From Armatimonadota bacterium (GTDB lineage: Bacteria > Armatimonadota > SYMT01), in contig JAWLHY010000004.1 in assembly GCA_041690135.1 (NCBI GenBank), positions 192,001 through 256,000 of the forward strand: 64,000 bases of DNA. The letters run 5' to 3'. Below are positions 9,783 through 19,607 of this stretch, piece by piece. Below the pieces are notes generated by a model that saw only the letters and a list, made by a program, of their open reading frames with translations, was not told where the DNA came from and did no database searches. The translations under genes were made by a program, and so were the position numbers. Every line of letters begins with the position of its first letter. Position 1 is the stretch's first letter.

Positions 9783-10583
9783 ATGAACCCCGAAGAATAC
9801 GCGCGGATGCACGCGCTGGAAGACTGGTACTGGTGGTTCGTCTCCCGCCGAGCAGCCGCGGCCCGGTTCCTGCGCGACTACGCGCCGGAGCACCGCCCAC
9901 TCCGCATTCTGGATGCCGGCTGCGGGACAGGGGGCATGCTGGACCTCTTCCGCCAGTGGCCGGACGTGCAGGCCACCGGGGTGGACCTCTCGCCGGACGC
10001 GCTCCACTTCAGCCACAATCGCGGGCACACGCGCCTGGTAGGCGCCGACCTCACCTGCCTCCCCTTCCGTTCCGCGACCTTCGACGTGGTGACGTCCCTC
10101 GACGTGATCGAGCACGTGCCGGATGAAGACCGGGCGGTGGCGGAGATCTCACGCGTGCTGAGCCCCGGCGGCATCCTGGTGGCCAGTGTTCCCGCCTACC
10201 AATTCCTGTGGGGCCCGCATGACGAAGCGCTCCACCACCAACGGCGCTACACCGCCCCCCAGTTCCGCGACGTGATCCAGCGGTCGGGCCTGCGGGTCGA
10301 GAAGGCGACTTACCTGCTCACGCTGCTCTTTCCGCTGGCGGTCGCGGCCCGCCTGGCCCGGCGAAAGGCGAAGCCGGAATCGGCGGCCGCGGCGCTCCCG
10401 CCGGTTTCGCCGTTCTTGAATCGCACGCTCATCGGCCTTCAATCGGTGGAACTGGCCATGGCCCGCGCCGCCTCGCTTCCCTTCGGGCTGAGCATTCTCG
10501 TTATCGCGCGAAAGCCGGTCCCCGCCCGGGTCGTTCCCGCACCGGTGGAAGACGGGGTCCCGGCCCGTGCTGCTCGCTGGTAG
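9783..10583 (+). CDS. Class I SAM-dependent methyltransferase
   Basis: EDWYWWF, ILDAGCGTG, LDVIEH, VPAYQFLWGPHD...HQRRYT. Confidence 0.88.
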   Translation: MNPEEYARMHALEDWYWWFVSRRAAAARFLRDYAPEHRPLRILDAGCGTGGMLDLFRQWPDVQATGVDLSPDALHFSHNRGHTRLVGADLTCLPFRSATFDVVTSLDVIEHVPDEDRAVAEISRVLSPGGILVASVPAYQFLWGPHDEALHHQRRYTAPQFRDVIQRSGLRVEKATYLLTLLFPLAVAARLARRKAKPESAAAALPPVSPFLNRTLIGLQSVELAMARAASLPFGLSILVIARKPVPARVVPAPVEDGVPARAARW

Positions 10584-10597
10584 TTAGGGCGCGAGCG

Positions 10598-10783
10598 CTA
10601 ATCGATCGCGTTGTGCAGGGCCTTCTTCACCTTGCCGACACCCTGCTGCAGCTTACCCTCGGCCTGCTTCTGCTTCCCTTCCGCGTCGTGGACCTCATCG
10701 TCCGTGAGGTCGCCGTACGCGTCCTGGATCCGGCCTTCCATCTCCTTCAGCTTGCCCTTAGCTTCGTCCTGGTGAACTTTCAT
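10598..10783 (-). CDS. CsbD family stress-response protein
   Basis: MKVHQDEAKGKLKEMEGRIQDAYGDLTDD...EGKQKQAEGKLQQGVG. Confidence 0.85.
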   Translation of the reverse strand: MKVHQDEAKGKLKEMEGRIQDAYGDLTDDEVHDAEGKQKQAEGKLQQGVGKVKKALHNAID

Positions 10784-10862
10784 CGCTTCCCCCGTTGTGG
10801 ACGGCACAAAAGCCTCTTACCACGTTGCTGGGTATTACCCCGGCCGCATGGGCGACAAACAG

Positions 10863-11480
10863 CTAGGGAGGAGCGGGAGTGCGGTTGAAGCGGTTCATGG
10901 CGGCCTCGAGCCCCTCTGCCAGGATCACTTCGACGGCGTCCGCCGCACGGTCCAGGGCCGAATCGATCAATGGCTCCTCCGTGCGGTCGAAACGACCCAG
11001 CACGTAGTCGACCGTCGTCACTCCGGCCGGTGGACGTCCTACGCCGATGCGGACGCGGGGGAACTCCTCGGTGCCGAGAGAGTGGATGAGGCTTTTCAGA
11101 CCGTTGTGGCCGCCGGCGGAGCCCCGGGGACGAATACGGATGCGTCCCACAAGCAACTCCAGGTCATCCGTCACCACAATCACCTGGGCGGCTTGTAGAC
11201 CGGTCAACTGCCGGAGGGGCTCGACGCTCTCACCGGAGAGGTTCATGTAGGTGACCGGCTTCACGAGAGCGACCGGAAGCTCTCCCAGGCGCCCCGTACC
11301 GTAAAGGGCGCGGTGCACCACACGCTGGACTTCGATCCCGTGCCGTGCGGCGAGGCGGTCCACCAGCGCAAACCCCACGTTGTGGCGCGTACCCGCGTAC
11401 TCCGCACCGGGATTACCGAGCCCCACCACCAGGAACCGCACCGGCTCGGTCGGACGGCGGCGGATAAACGGAAATCGCAT
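10863..11480 (-). CDS. pth: Peptidyl-tRNA hydrolase
   Basis: VVGLGNPG..YAGTRHNVGF, KPVTYMNLSG, GSAGGHNGLKS. Confidence 0.96.
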   Translation of the reverse strand: MRFPFIRRRPTEPVRFLVVGLGNPGAEYAGTRHNVGFALVDRLAARHGIEVQRVVHRALYGTGRLGELPVALVKPVTYMNLSGESVEPLRQLTGLQAAQVIVVTDDLELLVGRIRIRPRGSAGGHNGLKSLIHSLGTEEFPRVRIGVGRPPAGVTTVDYVLGRFDRTEEPLIDSALDRAADAVEVILAEGLEAAMNRFNRTPAPP

Positions 11481-11505
11481 CAGGGTTCCGGCCGGTCCGG
11501 CAAGG

Positions 11506-12465
11506 TCAGATGTTGGGCAGGAAAAGCTCGCTCACGCTCGCCCCGCGGTGAATCCGGTCGATAGCCTCGGCGAGTAAAGGCGCCACGCTCAGGCAGACGA
11601 ACTTCGCGGGGAAGCTTCCCGGGTCGTGGTAAATCGAATCGGTGAGGATCACCTTCTCGATCGCTTCACAGGTGTCGAGCCGTTCAATAGCGGGACCGGA
11701 AAAGACCCCGTGCGTACAGCAGACGATAACTCGCTCCGCCCCCTGCTGCTTCAGCACGTCGACTCCCCCCACGATGGAGCCGCCCGTGTCGATCATATCG
11801 TCGATGACCACGCAGGTCTTCCCCTGCACATCGCCCACCACGCTGATGACTTCGCTGCGGTTGGGCTCCGGCCGGCGCTTCGCGATGATCGCGAGCCCCG
11901 CCTGAAGCTGCTGCGCCAGCGACTGCGCGCGCCCCACTCCACCAACGTCCGGCGAAACGACGACTACGTTGTGGTCACAGACTCCCTGGTTAACCAGGTA
12001 GTCCGCGATGAGCGGCCCGCCGTAGAGGTGGTCCACGGGCAGGTTGAAGAAACCCTGAATCTGCTCGACATGGAGGTCCAGCGCGAGGACTCGGCTGGCG
12101 CCCGCGTGCGTGATCATGTCGGCCACCAGCCGTGCGGTAATCGGCTCGCGCGGCTTGACCTTCTTGTCCTGCCGAGCGTAGCCGTAATACGGCATCACCA
12201 CCGTGATGCGCTCCGCCGAAGCCCGGCGGATGGCATCCAGGATGATCAGCAGTTCCATGATGTGCTCGTTGACCGGCCGCGTGGTAGGCTGGATCACGAA
12301 GGCGTCCATCCCCCGGAGACTCTCGTCGATCTTCACCCGCACTTCACCATCGCTGAAGCGGGTCAGGAGCATCTGCGAGAGATCGGTGTCCAGGCATTGA
12401 GCGATGGCTTGGGCCAGGGGTCGGTTGGCGCCACCCGACAGGATGCGGAGGTTATCGGTACGCAA
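11506..12465 (-). CDS. prs: Ribose-phosphate pyrophosphokinase
   Basis: FSDGE, PYYGYARQDKK, DLH..QIQGFF, VSPDVGG, DDMIDTGGS; TTG start at 12465 chosen from the upstream GAGAGG (ORF open to 12528). Confidence 0.95.
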   Translation of the reverse strand: MRTDNLRILSGGANRPLAQAIAQCLDTDLSQMLLTRFSDGEVRVKIDESLRGMDAFVIQPTTRPVNEHIMELLIILDAIRRASAERITVVMPYYGYARQDKKVKPREPITARLVADMITHAGASRVLALDLHVEQIQGFFNLPVDHLYGGPLIADYLVNQGVCDHNVVVVSPDVGGVGRAQSLAQQLQAGLAIIAKRRPEPNRSEVISVVGDVQGKTCVVIDDMIDTGGSIVGGVDVLKQQGAERVIVCCTHGVFSGPAIERLDTCEAIEKVILTDSIYHDPGSFPAKFVCLSVAPLLAEAIDRIHRGASVSELFLPNI

Positions 12466-12524
12466 AGGTCGGCCTCTCAGCTTTGGGACTCTTACCGTCC
12501 CCTGGGAACTGCGGATTGAGTCTA

Positions 12525-13685
12525 TCACTCGGCTCTTTCGGGCGTCAATGCAGGCACGGTCGCGGCGCGCACTCCGAACCGGAAGGCCGAGAAACGGCCC
12601 AGGTCCAGTCCGGGATCCCGACCGGTCGCCAGTTGCGCCGCGATCTGCCCCAGAAGCACCGTGAACTTAAACCCGTGACCCGACAGGCCCCCCACGTAAA
12701 CCACCCGCGGCTCTTCCGGCACCCGGTCCACGATAAAGTCCGTATCGGGCGTCATCGTGTAAAGGCAGACCTTGCTGTAGGTCACTTCGCCGGTGGCGTC
12801 CGGTAGGCGCCGCTCCATATAACGGCGAAGGACGGTGTTGTCCTCATCCGCTGGCTCGCGACCGGGTTGGTCCGGGTCAATAGGTTCTCCGGGATGGTGC
12901 CAGGCCACCTTGGCGCCGGGGATGCCGTCGTGCTCGGGAAAGCCGTAGAACTGCGTGCCGAAGTCGATCCAGACCGGGAAGCGGTCCGCACCGAAGGCCT
13001 CCCGGTTGGTGCGGACCGCAAAGTGGGCGTATTGCTGCCGGGTGACCGTGAGCGGCAACTCCACCCACGGAGCCAGGAGGGGCGCGGTCCAGGGGCCCGC
13101 CGTCACCACCACGGCATCGAACTCCAGCCACTCCCCTTCCGCCCGCACCCGCACCCCTCCGGTCGCCGGCTCCAGGGCCTCTACCGTCGCTTCTTCCCGC
13201 AGATCCGCGCCGTGGGCCACCGCTCCCCGGGCGTTCGCCAGGACGCAGCGAGAGGCGCGCAGCAGGCCGCTTTCCGGCTCGAACACGGCATACTCTTCGG
13301 GGGAAAGACGGAAGGGAGAAAACCGCTCCTGCACCTCACGCCGGGAGAGGCGGGCATAGGGAACTCCCACTTCCTGGAGCGCCGCCTCGGTGGCAGTCAT
13401 TTCCGGGTCCCCCTCGGGACCGAAGAAGAGACCACCACAGCGCAGGAAGAGCGATTCACCGCTCTCGCGTTCGAGTTGGTCCCACAGGGGGTAAGCCTGG
13501 TTCATGAGAGAGGCATAGAGCGCATCGGGGTACACCTTGCGGATGATGCGCGATCCCCCGTAAGAGCTGCCGCGGTCGTGGTCCAGGCGAAACCGTTCGA
13601 ATCCGACTACCCGGTGCCCCGCGGCAGCCAGGAAACGCGCCGCAGCCGTACCCACTCCCCCCTGACCCAACACCGCAACCTTCAT
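12525..13685 (-). CDS. solA: Monomeric sarcosine oxidase / N-methyl-L-tryptophan oxidase family FAD enzyme
   Basis: VAVLGQGGVG, GSSYGGSRIIR, CLYTMTPD.DFIVD, GLSGHGFKF. Confidence 0.85.
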   Translation of the reverse strand: MKVAVLGQGGVGTAAARFLAAAGHRVVGFERFRLDHDRGSSYGGSRIIRKVYPDALYASLMNQAYPLWDQLERESGESLFLRCGGLFFGPEGDPEMTATEAALQEVGVPYARLSRREVQERFSPFRLSPEEYAVFEPESGLLRASRCVLANARGAVAHGADLREEATVEALEPATGGVRVRAEGEWLEFDAVVVTAGPWTAPLLAPWVELPLTVTRQQYAHFAVRTNREAFGADRFPVWIDFGTQFYGFPEHDGIPGAKVAWHHPGEPIDPDQPGREPADEDNTVLRRYMERRLPDATGEVTYSKVCLYTMTPDTDFIVDRVPEEPRVVYVGGLSGHGFKFTVLLGQIAAQLATGRDPGLDLGRFSAFRFGVRAATVPALTPERAE

Positions 13686-13711
13686 CTTCGTCTCTCCAAA
13701 CTGCTTCCACG

Positions 13712-13740
13712 TTGAGCGATCCCCCTTGTGAGGGTACAAT
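13712..13740 (+). promoter_or_regulatory. Putative sigma70 promoter of the EEP gene
   Basis: TTGAGC(13712-17)-17 bp-TACAAT(13735-40), 22 nt before ATG 13763. Confidence 0.5.
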
Positions 13741-13762
13741 AGCGAGCGCTGGAAGGAAAGCT

Positions 13763-14455
13763 ATGCAGGTTCTGACCTACAACATCGCCGGCAACCGGGG
13801 CCGCAATCGGCCCGATTACCTCGAACGCATCGCCGAGTTGATCCTCTCCACGGATGCCGACGCCGTGGGCCTTCAGGAAGTCGTCCATCACCCCGGAGAA
13901 GTACACCCCGAGTTGATCCTGGCCCGGCTCACCGGCATGCACGTCCAGTTCCTGGCCGCGCACCACACCCGGCACCGGGTGCTGGGCAACGCGGTCCTGA
14001 CCCGGGAAACGATCACCGGCGCCCGGGCCTACCAGTTACCCGGCCGATTCCCCGAGCCCCGGATGGTGTTGGAGGCGATCACCGAGGTAAACGGTCGGCA
14101 GGTCAGCATCTTCAATACCCACCTGGTCCATCTCTCCCTGGCCGGGCGCGGTATCCGGCGGCGGCAGGCCGCGGAAGTCGCCCGGTTGATGTCCGAATGC
14201 CCCAACCCGCACGTGCTGGTGGGGGACCTGAACGCCAGCCCGCACGCCCACGAGCTCCACTCCGTGCGAAAGCTCAGCGCCCGCCACGACCACCATCACG
14301 GTCTCCGCTCCTGGCCGGCCCACCGGCCCATGATCCAATACGACCATATCTGGCCCGGCCCCGGCTGGGAGATCGAACAGATCCACACCCTCGACCCTCA
14401 CGTGTCGGACCACCGGCCCGTGTTCGCCCGGCTGAAATGGCGGAGCGAAGGTTGA
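13763..14455 (+). CDS. Endonuclease/exonuclease/phosphatase (EEP) family protein
   Basis: VLTYNI, GLQEV, GNAVLT, NTHL, VGDLNA, DHI, SDHRPV. Confidence 0.88.
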   Translation: MQVLTYNIAGNRGRNRPDYLERIAELILSTDADAVGLQEVVHHPGEVHPELILARLTGMHVQFLAAHHTRHRVLGNAVLTRETITGARAYQLPGRFPEPRMVLEAITEVNGRQVSIFNTHLVHLSLAGRGIRRRQAAEVARLMSECPNPHVLVGDLNASPHAHELHSVRKLSARHDHHHGLRSWPAHRPMIQYDHIWPGPGWEIEQIHTLDPHVSDHRPVFARLKWRSEG

Positions 14456-14680
14456 AGGGCCTTCGGCCGATCAGGATAAGGATAAGGACTACGATTAGGA
14501 GTCCCGCCCCAGGACGAGTTCCCTGGCCAGGGGGCTGGCCACGTCGCTTACTGGATCTGCTGCGGAAGTCTGGCACTTCGACGAGAGGCTCAACCGACTT
14601 GGAGAAGTTGCTGCGGGTCTATCTCTCCTCGCCATGACCTATCGTCTCCGTTGCCTAAATGCTTACACCCGAGGGATGGC

Positions 14681-14752
14681 CGAACGCCCGGACGTTTACC
14701 CCCCACAGGGGACCTGAACACCCGAACACCCGAACACCCGAACACCTGAACA
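14681..14752 (+). repeat. Dispersed composite repeat: CGTTTACCC..CCACAGGGG core followed by (CCYGAACA)x5
   Basis: Octamers at 14713-14752; related copies at 23721-23784 (+) and 17871-17950 (-). Confidence 0.8.
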
Positions 14753-14783
14753 CCCCTCCCGGCGGACGGGACGTCCGCGCTCC

Positions 14784-15926
14784 CTAAGGGCCAATGCCCA
14801 GCACCCCCCGATACACCTCGGCGGTCTTAGCGGCGACTACGGGCCAGCTTCGTTCATGGGCGAACTTTCCGGCGGCGGCGGAGAGCTGCTTGCGAGCACT
14901 GGCGGACGCGAGGAGAAACCCCAGCCGCTCGGCCAGGGAGCGGTCGTCTCCGGTTTCGAAGAGCTCGATACACTGACCCTGGTCGTAAATGTCCCGGAAA
15001 CAGTCGAGATCCGACGCCAGGACCGGTTTCGCGTAGCTGAGCGCCACCATTACGGAATAGCTGCTGTTCGCCGCCGTGTGCGGCACCAGCACCACATCGG
15101 AGAGCGCCATCACCACGGCGATCTGCCGCTCATCCAGGTACCCCGTAATCACGGCCCGCTGGTTGAGCCCACGCGCCCGGAGAGTGTTGCGCAGCCGTTC
15201 CATGTAGGTGCGCTCATGCTCGACGCGGGTCCCGCCGGCGATCACCAGCTTGACGGCGGGCGGCAGGCTGCCGAGCGCCTCCAGTGCCACCTCATACCCC
15301 TTGTCGGGGTTCACATAACCGAAGATGGTTACGACCTTCCGTCCCTCCAGATCCAGCCGGGCGCGCGTGGCGGCCAGTTCCGCGTCCGTGGGCGGCGCTT
15401 CATCCCGGGTGGGCGTTCCCCAGGGGATCACGTGGACCCGCTCCTTGCGGATGCCTCGCCGGAGCAACTTTTCACGCGCTCGGGGGTTGGGAACGATGAT
15501 CGCCTCGGCCCGAGCAAAGGGAGCCCGTTCCAGCGTGGCGACGTAAGGGGGATAGCGAGACAGCAAGCCCTTGGCGAGGCGCTGCCGCGGCCGGCGCTCC
15601 TCCGCCAGACGCAGTAGTTCCGCGGCAGTGAACAGCGTGTGCGGCGTCACCACCAGGGGTCGACGCAACTGGCGGTAGTAATCGGGCAGCGTAGACGATC
15701 GGGGGATAATCCCACCGAAGAAGGTGTATTCATGCTGGAGGTGGACCAGGTCGGCCGCGTTGAGGCGCTCCAGGCGCTCCGCCATCCGCGCGGAATCCCG
15801 ATCGGTGTAGGGGACCGGCACTACTTCCACCTCGACCCCCAGACGGCGCAACTCAGCGACCAGATCGGCGGTGTAAGCGGCGATCCCGCAGCGCGTTTCC
15901 CAGCTTGTCCACATCGCCACTTTCAC
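14784..15926 (-). CDS. Glycosyltransferase family 4
   Basis: GTG 15926 overlaps the prmC stop; RCGIAAYT, VHLQHEY, FGYVNPDKGYE, ALSYAKPVLASD. Confidence 0.85.
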   Translation of the reverse strand: MKVAMWTSWETRCGIAAYTADLVAELRRLGVEVEVVPVPYTDRDSARMAERLERLNAADLVHLQHEYTFFGGIIPRSSTLPDYYRQLRRPLVVTPHTLFTAAELLRLAEERRPRQRLAKGLLSRYPPYVATLERAPFARAEAIIVPNPRAREKLLRRGIRKERVHVIPWGTPTRDEAPPTDAELAATRARLDLEGRKVVTIFGYVNPDKGYEVALEALGSLPPAVKLVIAGGTRVEHERTYMERLRNTLRARGLNQRAVITGYLDERQIAVVMALSDVVLVPHTAANSSYSVMVALSYAKPVLASDLDCFRDIYDQGQCIELFETGDDRSLAERLGFLLASASARKQLSAAAGKFAHERSWPVVAAKTAEVYRGVLGIGP

Positions 15927-16771
15927 GGCTTCGCCCTCGCCAGCACCACGCGTGGAATCCCCGCCAGATCGGGCAGGATCTCCGGCTCCAGCCACCGTCC
16001 GCTCCGTCGAACCCGTTCCGCCACGTCTTCCGCCTGCCCGGCCCCAACCTCCATGGCCAGGAGCCCCTCTGGGGACAGCAAATCCGGAGCTTCCGCTACG
16101 AGCGGGAGAATGACGTCCAGTCCCGCGGCGCCGCCGTCGAGCGCCAGCCGGGGCTCGAAGTGGAGCAATTCCGGGGCCAGCCGGCCTACCTCTTGGGTCG
16201 GGATATAGGGCGGATTGCTGACCACCGCGTCGAACCGACCCAGCCCGCGCGCCGCTTCCGGAAAGGCGCCCTCGACGATCCGTACCCGCGCGCCGAAGCC
16301 GAGCTTCTCCACGTTCCGCCGGGCGATCGCCGCGGCTGCGGACGAGATCTCCAGGCCGGTGATCTCCGCGAACGGCAGCAGGTGCGCCAGGCCCGCGCAA
16401 ATACAGCCACTGCCGGGGCCTACCTCCAGAACCCGCGCGCCCGGCGGCAGCCGGGCTGCTGTGGCCTCGACCAGCAATTCGGTTTCGGGGCGGGGAATGA
16501 GCACCCCCGGTCCCACCTCGAACGACATCCCCAGGAACTCCCACCGGCCCAGGAGATACGGCAACGGCTCGCGCGACGCGCGCCGGGCGACGAGCGCCTC
16601 ATATTCTTCCGCCGCGCCGGCCGGAAGGAGATCCGGCAGGTGCGCCGCCAGATAGGTTCGATCTTTCCCGAGCACATGCGCCAGGAGAAGTTGCGCATCC
16701 AGCAGCGGGCTCTCCACACCGGCTTGCTCCAGCCGGACTCGGGCCAGGGCGAGTGCCTCCCGGAGCGTCAC
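15923..16771 (-). CDS. prmC: Release factor glutamine methyltransferase HemK/PrmC
   Basis: REPLPYLLG, VLIPRPETE, VSNPPYIP, EPRLALDGG; directly downstream of prfA. Confidence 0.95.
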   Translation of the reverse strand: MTLREALALARVRLEQAGVESPLLDAQLLLAHVLGKDRTYLAAHLPDLLPAGAAEEYEALVARRASREPLPYLLGRWEFLGMSFEVGPGVLIPRPETELLVEATAARLPPGARVLEVGPGSGCICAGLAHLLPFAEITGLEISSAAAAIARRNVEKLGFGARVRIVEGAFPEAARGLGRFDAVVSNPPYIPTQEVGRLAPELLHFEPRLALDGGAAGLDVILPLVAEAPDLLSPEGLLAMEVGAGQAEDVAERVRRSGRWLEPEILPDLAGIPRVVLARAKP

Positions 16772-16788
16772 TTGATTCGCTCTTGGAA

Positions 16789-17865
16789 TTAAGAAGACCC
16801 GTCCTGGTCGGCCAGGCGGTTCGCCTCATCCCAGGTGCGCAGGGACTCCACGATCTCGTGGATGTCGCCGTCCAGCACGCTGTCGAGACGGTTGATCAAC
16901 GTCAGGCCGTTGCGGTGGTCCGTAATCCGGTTCTGCTGGAAGTTGTAGGTCCGGATCTTATCGCTGCGGTCCCCACTCGCCACCTGGGACTTGCGCTGAT
17001 CGTAGATCTCCTTGTTGCGCTCGGCCAGCTCGATATCGTAAAGACGCGCGCGCAGCATCCGGAGCGCCTTCTCCTTGTTCTGAAGCTGGGAGCGCTCGTC
17101 CTGACAGCCGACGACGAGACCGCTGGGTTTGTGGGTGAGCCGGACGGCGGTCTGGTTCTTCTGGACATTCTGCCCCCCCGCGCCCTGGGAGAGGGTGTAC
17201 TGCCACTCCAGGTCGCCGGGATTGATGTGCACTTCCACCTCGTCCACTTCCGGCATCACCGCCACCGTGGCGGCGGAGGTGTGGATCCGGCCGCCGCTCT
17301 CGGTGACCGGCACCCGCTGCACGCGGTGCGGCCCACCTTCCCACTTGAGATGGCTGTAGGCGCCCTTACCCTTGATGGCGAGAATGACCTCCTTATAGCC
17401 GCCGATACCGGTTTCGGTGGCCGACATCATCTCGGCCTTCCACCCCATCCGTTCGGCGTAGCGGGTGTACATCCGCATCAACTCACCCGCGAAGAGGGCC
17501 GCTTCCTCGCCGCCCGTTCCGGCCCGGATCTCCACCATCACGTCCTTCTCGTCATGGGGGTCCTTCGGCAGGAGCAGCAGCTTCAACTCGCGCTCCATCT
17601 CCTCGCGCTGCGCTTCGGAAGCGTGCAGTTCTTCTTCGGCCATCTGGCGGACTTCGGGGTCCGGGTCCTTCATCAGTTCCCGCGCTTCCTCGATGCCCCG
17701 GCGCAGCGCCTTGAACTCGCGCCACTTGGTCACCAGTGGCTCTAGCTCCGAATGCTGGATGGCCGTCGACTGCAGCCGCTGGCTGTCCGAAACGACGTTC
17801 GGGTCGGATAATTCCTGGCTCAGGCGATCGTACCTGGCCTCAACTTCGTCTAGTTTGTCCCACAT
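16789..17865 (-). CDS. prfA: Peptide chain release factor 1
   Basis: EIRAGTGGEEAALF, HRVQRVPVTE (PxT motif), GAGGQ, RSDKIRTYNF. Confidence 0.97.
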   Translation of the reverse strand: MWDKLDEVEARYDRLSQELSDPNVVSDSQRLQSTAIQHSELEPLVTKWREFKALRRGIEEARELMKDPDPEVRQMAEEELHASEAQREEMERELKLLLLPKDPHDEKDVMVEIRAGTGGEEAALFAGELMRMYTRYAERMGWKAEMMSATETGIGGYKEVILAIKGKGAYSHLKWEGGPHRVQRVPVTESGGRIHTSAATVAVMPEVDEVEVHINPGDLEWQYTLSQGAGGQNVQKNQTAVRLTHKPSGLVVGCQDERSQLQNKEKALRMLRARLYDIELAERNKEIYDQRKSQVASGDRSDKIRTYNFQQNRITDHRNGLTLINRLDSVLDGDIHEIVESLRTWDEANRLADQDGSS

Positions 17866-18145
17866 AAAATTTCAGGTGTTCGGGTATTCAGGTGTTGGAC
17901 GCTGGGCCTTGGGCATTGATGCCCCCCGGTGAGGGGTAAACGTTGGGCATTCACACCCATCGTCGCGTGGCAGGTACGCAGCTAGCGGGACTGGTCGTTG
18001 ATACCGCTTTGTGATGCCGGCCTTTGGTCTCGCACCTCATTATCCTTATCGTAATCCTGATCCTCATCGGGCCGAAGGCCGAAACAGGCGTAGGGGTCGG
18101 GAGGCTGTGCCCCCGACCCCCGACTCACTTACCCCGGCCAGCTTG

Positions 18146-19153
18146 CTAAACGATGACCTGTGCGGCTCCGTTTCCGCTTTTCGGGAGGGTGCCTTCCGAC
18201 TCCATCACTCCGCGGAGAGAGGCGACCGCCACTTCCACCATCTCCCGGTCCGGCTCACGCGTCGTCAGGCGCTGGGTGAGCAGCCCGGGTAGGACCAGCC
18301 ACTGGAGCGGCGCGAAGTTGCGGTACTTTCCGGCCAGCCGGATCACCTCATAGGAGATCGAGGCCACCACCGGCAGCATTCCCAGGCGCAGCGCGAGCCG
18401 CGGCAGGATCTGCTCCTGGAACGGCAACACGGCGAACACCAGCGCCTTGATGAGCAGTACCGTGAGCACGAAATTCGTGCCGCAGCGCGGGTGAATGCGC
18501 GAGGCGCGCGCCGCCGCGTCGACATCCAGCCGGCCCTCGGTCTCATAGGCGTTGATGGCCTGGTGCTCCGCCCCATGGTACTGGAACACCCGCTGCACGT
18601 CCTTCATCCGACCGATCAAGGCAATGTAGGTGAGCACCATGGCCACCCGGACCACGCCCTCAATCACCTGCCGCCAGATGGTTTCGCCGACGATGACCGT
18701 GCACCAACCCGCGATGAGGCTCGGCAGCAGCATGAACAGGCTGATGCCGATCACCATGCCAAGGATGGCGGAGCCGGTGATCGCGATCCCGGTAATCGAG
18801 CCGCCGGCGCCTTCCCCGGTCACGGCCAGCAAAAGCTGCAGCGGACCCAGGAGCGCCTGGGTGAGCGGTCCGGTAGGCGGTGCCTGGCGCTTCTTCTCTT
18901 CTTCTTCCAGGGCCAGGTTCGCTGAGAAGAGAAGCGACTTCATGCCGAGCATCATCGCGTCGGCCAGGGCGAAGACACCGCGCAAAAACGGCCACTTCGC
19001 CCAGGCGTAACGCGTGAAAAAGGCCGGCACTTCCTCCTGCCGCAGCAGGATCTCGCCGTCCGCTTTGCGGCAAGCCACGGCGAAATGCCGGGCGCCACGC
19101 ATCATGACGCCCTCGATAACCGCCTGCCCGCCGTAGGTGATTTTGTCGGCCAA
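18146..19153 (-). CDS. DUF1385 (YqhQ-like) membrane protein
   Basis: YGGQAVIEGVMMRG, FQYHGAEH, RIHPRCGTNF, QRLTTREP; usual position between rpmE and prfA/prmC. Confidence 0.9.
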   Translation of the reverse strand: MADKITYGGQAVIEGVMMRGARHFAVACRKADGEILLRQEEVPAFFTRYAWAKWPFLRGVFALADAMMLGMKSLLFSANLALEEEEKKRQAPPTGPLTQALLGPLQLLLAVTGEGAGGSITGIAITGSAILGMVIGISLFMLLPSLIAGWCTVIVGETIWRQVIEGVVRVAMVLTYIALIGRMKDVQRVFQYHGAEHQAINAYETEGRLDVDAAARASRIHPRCGTNFVLTVLLIKALVFAVLPFQEQILPRLALRLGMLPVVASISYEVIRLAGKYRNFAPLQWLVLPGLLTQRLTTREPDREMVEVAVASLRGVMESEGTLPKSGNGAAQVIV

Positions 19154-19231
19154 TAACCTGGTCCCCGGAGCTAAGGGGCCCCCGGATTGGGGCTGCCCTG
19201 AAACCTGCCCAGGCGTGCTGCCCGAACGCGC

Positions 19232-19462
19232 TTACTTCTTCTTGGCGGCCGCCTGCTGCTTCAGGGCCTTGCCGTAGCGCTGCATGAACTTGTCCACGCG
19301 GCCTTCCGTATCCACGATCTTCTGCTTGCCCGTGTAGAACGGGTGGCAAGCCGAGCAGATTTCGACCGTGACCTGCTCCTTCAGCGAGAGCGACTCGAAC
19401 GTGTTGCCGCACGCGCAGCGCACGTTGGACGTCACGTACTTGGGATGGATTCCGTCCTTCAT
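19232..19462 (-). CDS. rpmE: 50S ribosomal protein L31 (zinc-binding type)
   Basis: MKDGIHPKY...CACGN...[26 protein letters not shown]. Confidence 0.97.
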   Translation of the reverse strand: MKDGIHPKYVTSNVRCACGNTFESLSLKEQVTVEICSACHPFYTGKQKIVDTEGRVDKFMQRYGKALKQQAAAKKK

Positions 19463-19531
19463 CTTGAAAACTCCAATCGCCCGCGAGGGCGCAAACCGGT
19501 CGTCCCGCAGATCTCGTGGGACTGGCCCCGC

Positions 19532-19561
19532 ATTATACCAAGTTCCAGGGGTGGCTAACAA
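19532..19561 (-). promoter_or_regulatory. Putative extended -10 promoter of the rpmE operon
   Basis: Minus strand TTGTTA-18 bp-TATAAT with TG at the extended position (TGGTATAAT), about 70 nt before rpmE. Confidence 0.55.
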
Positions 19562-19607
19562 GCCGTGTGGTCTGGAACGGCTGCGGGTTGGCTGGAGGGT
19601 GCTGCTG

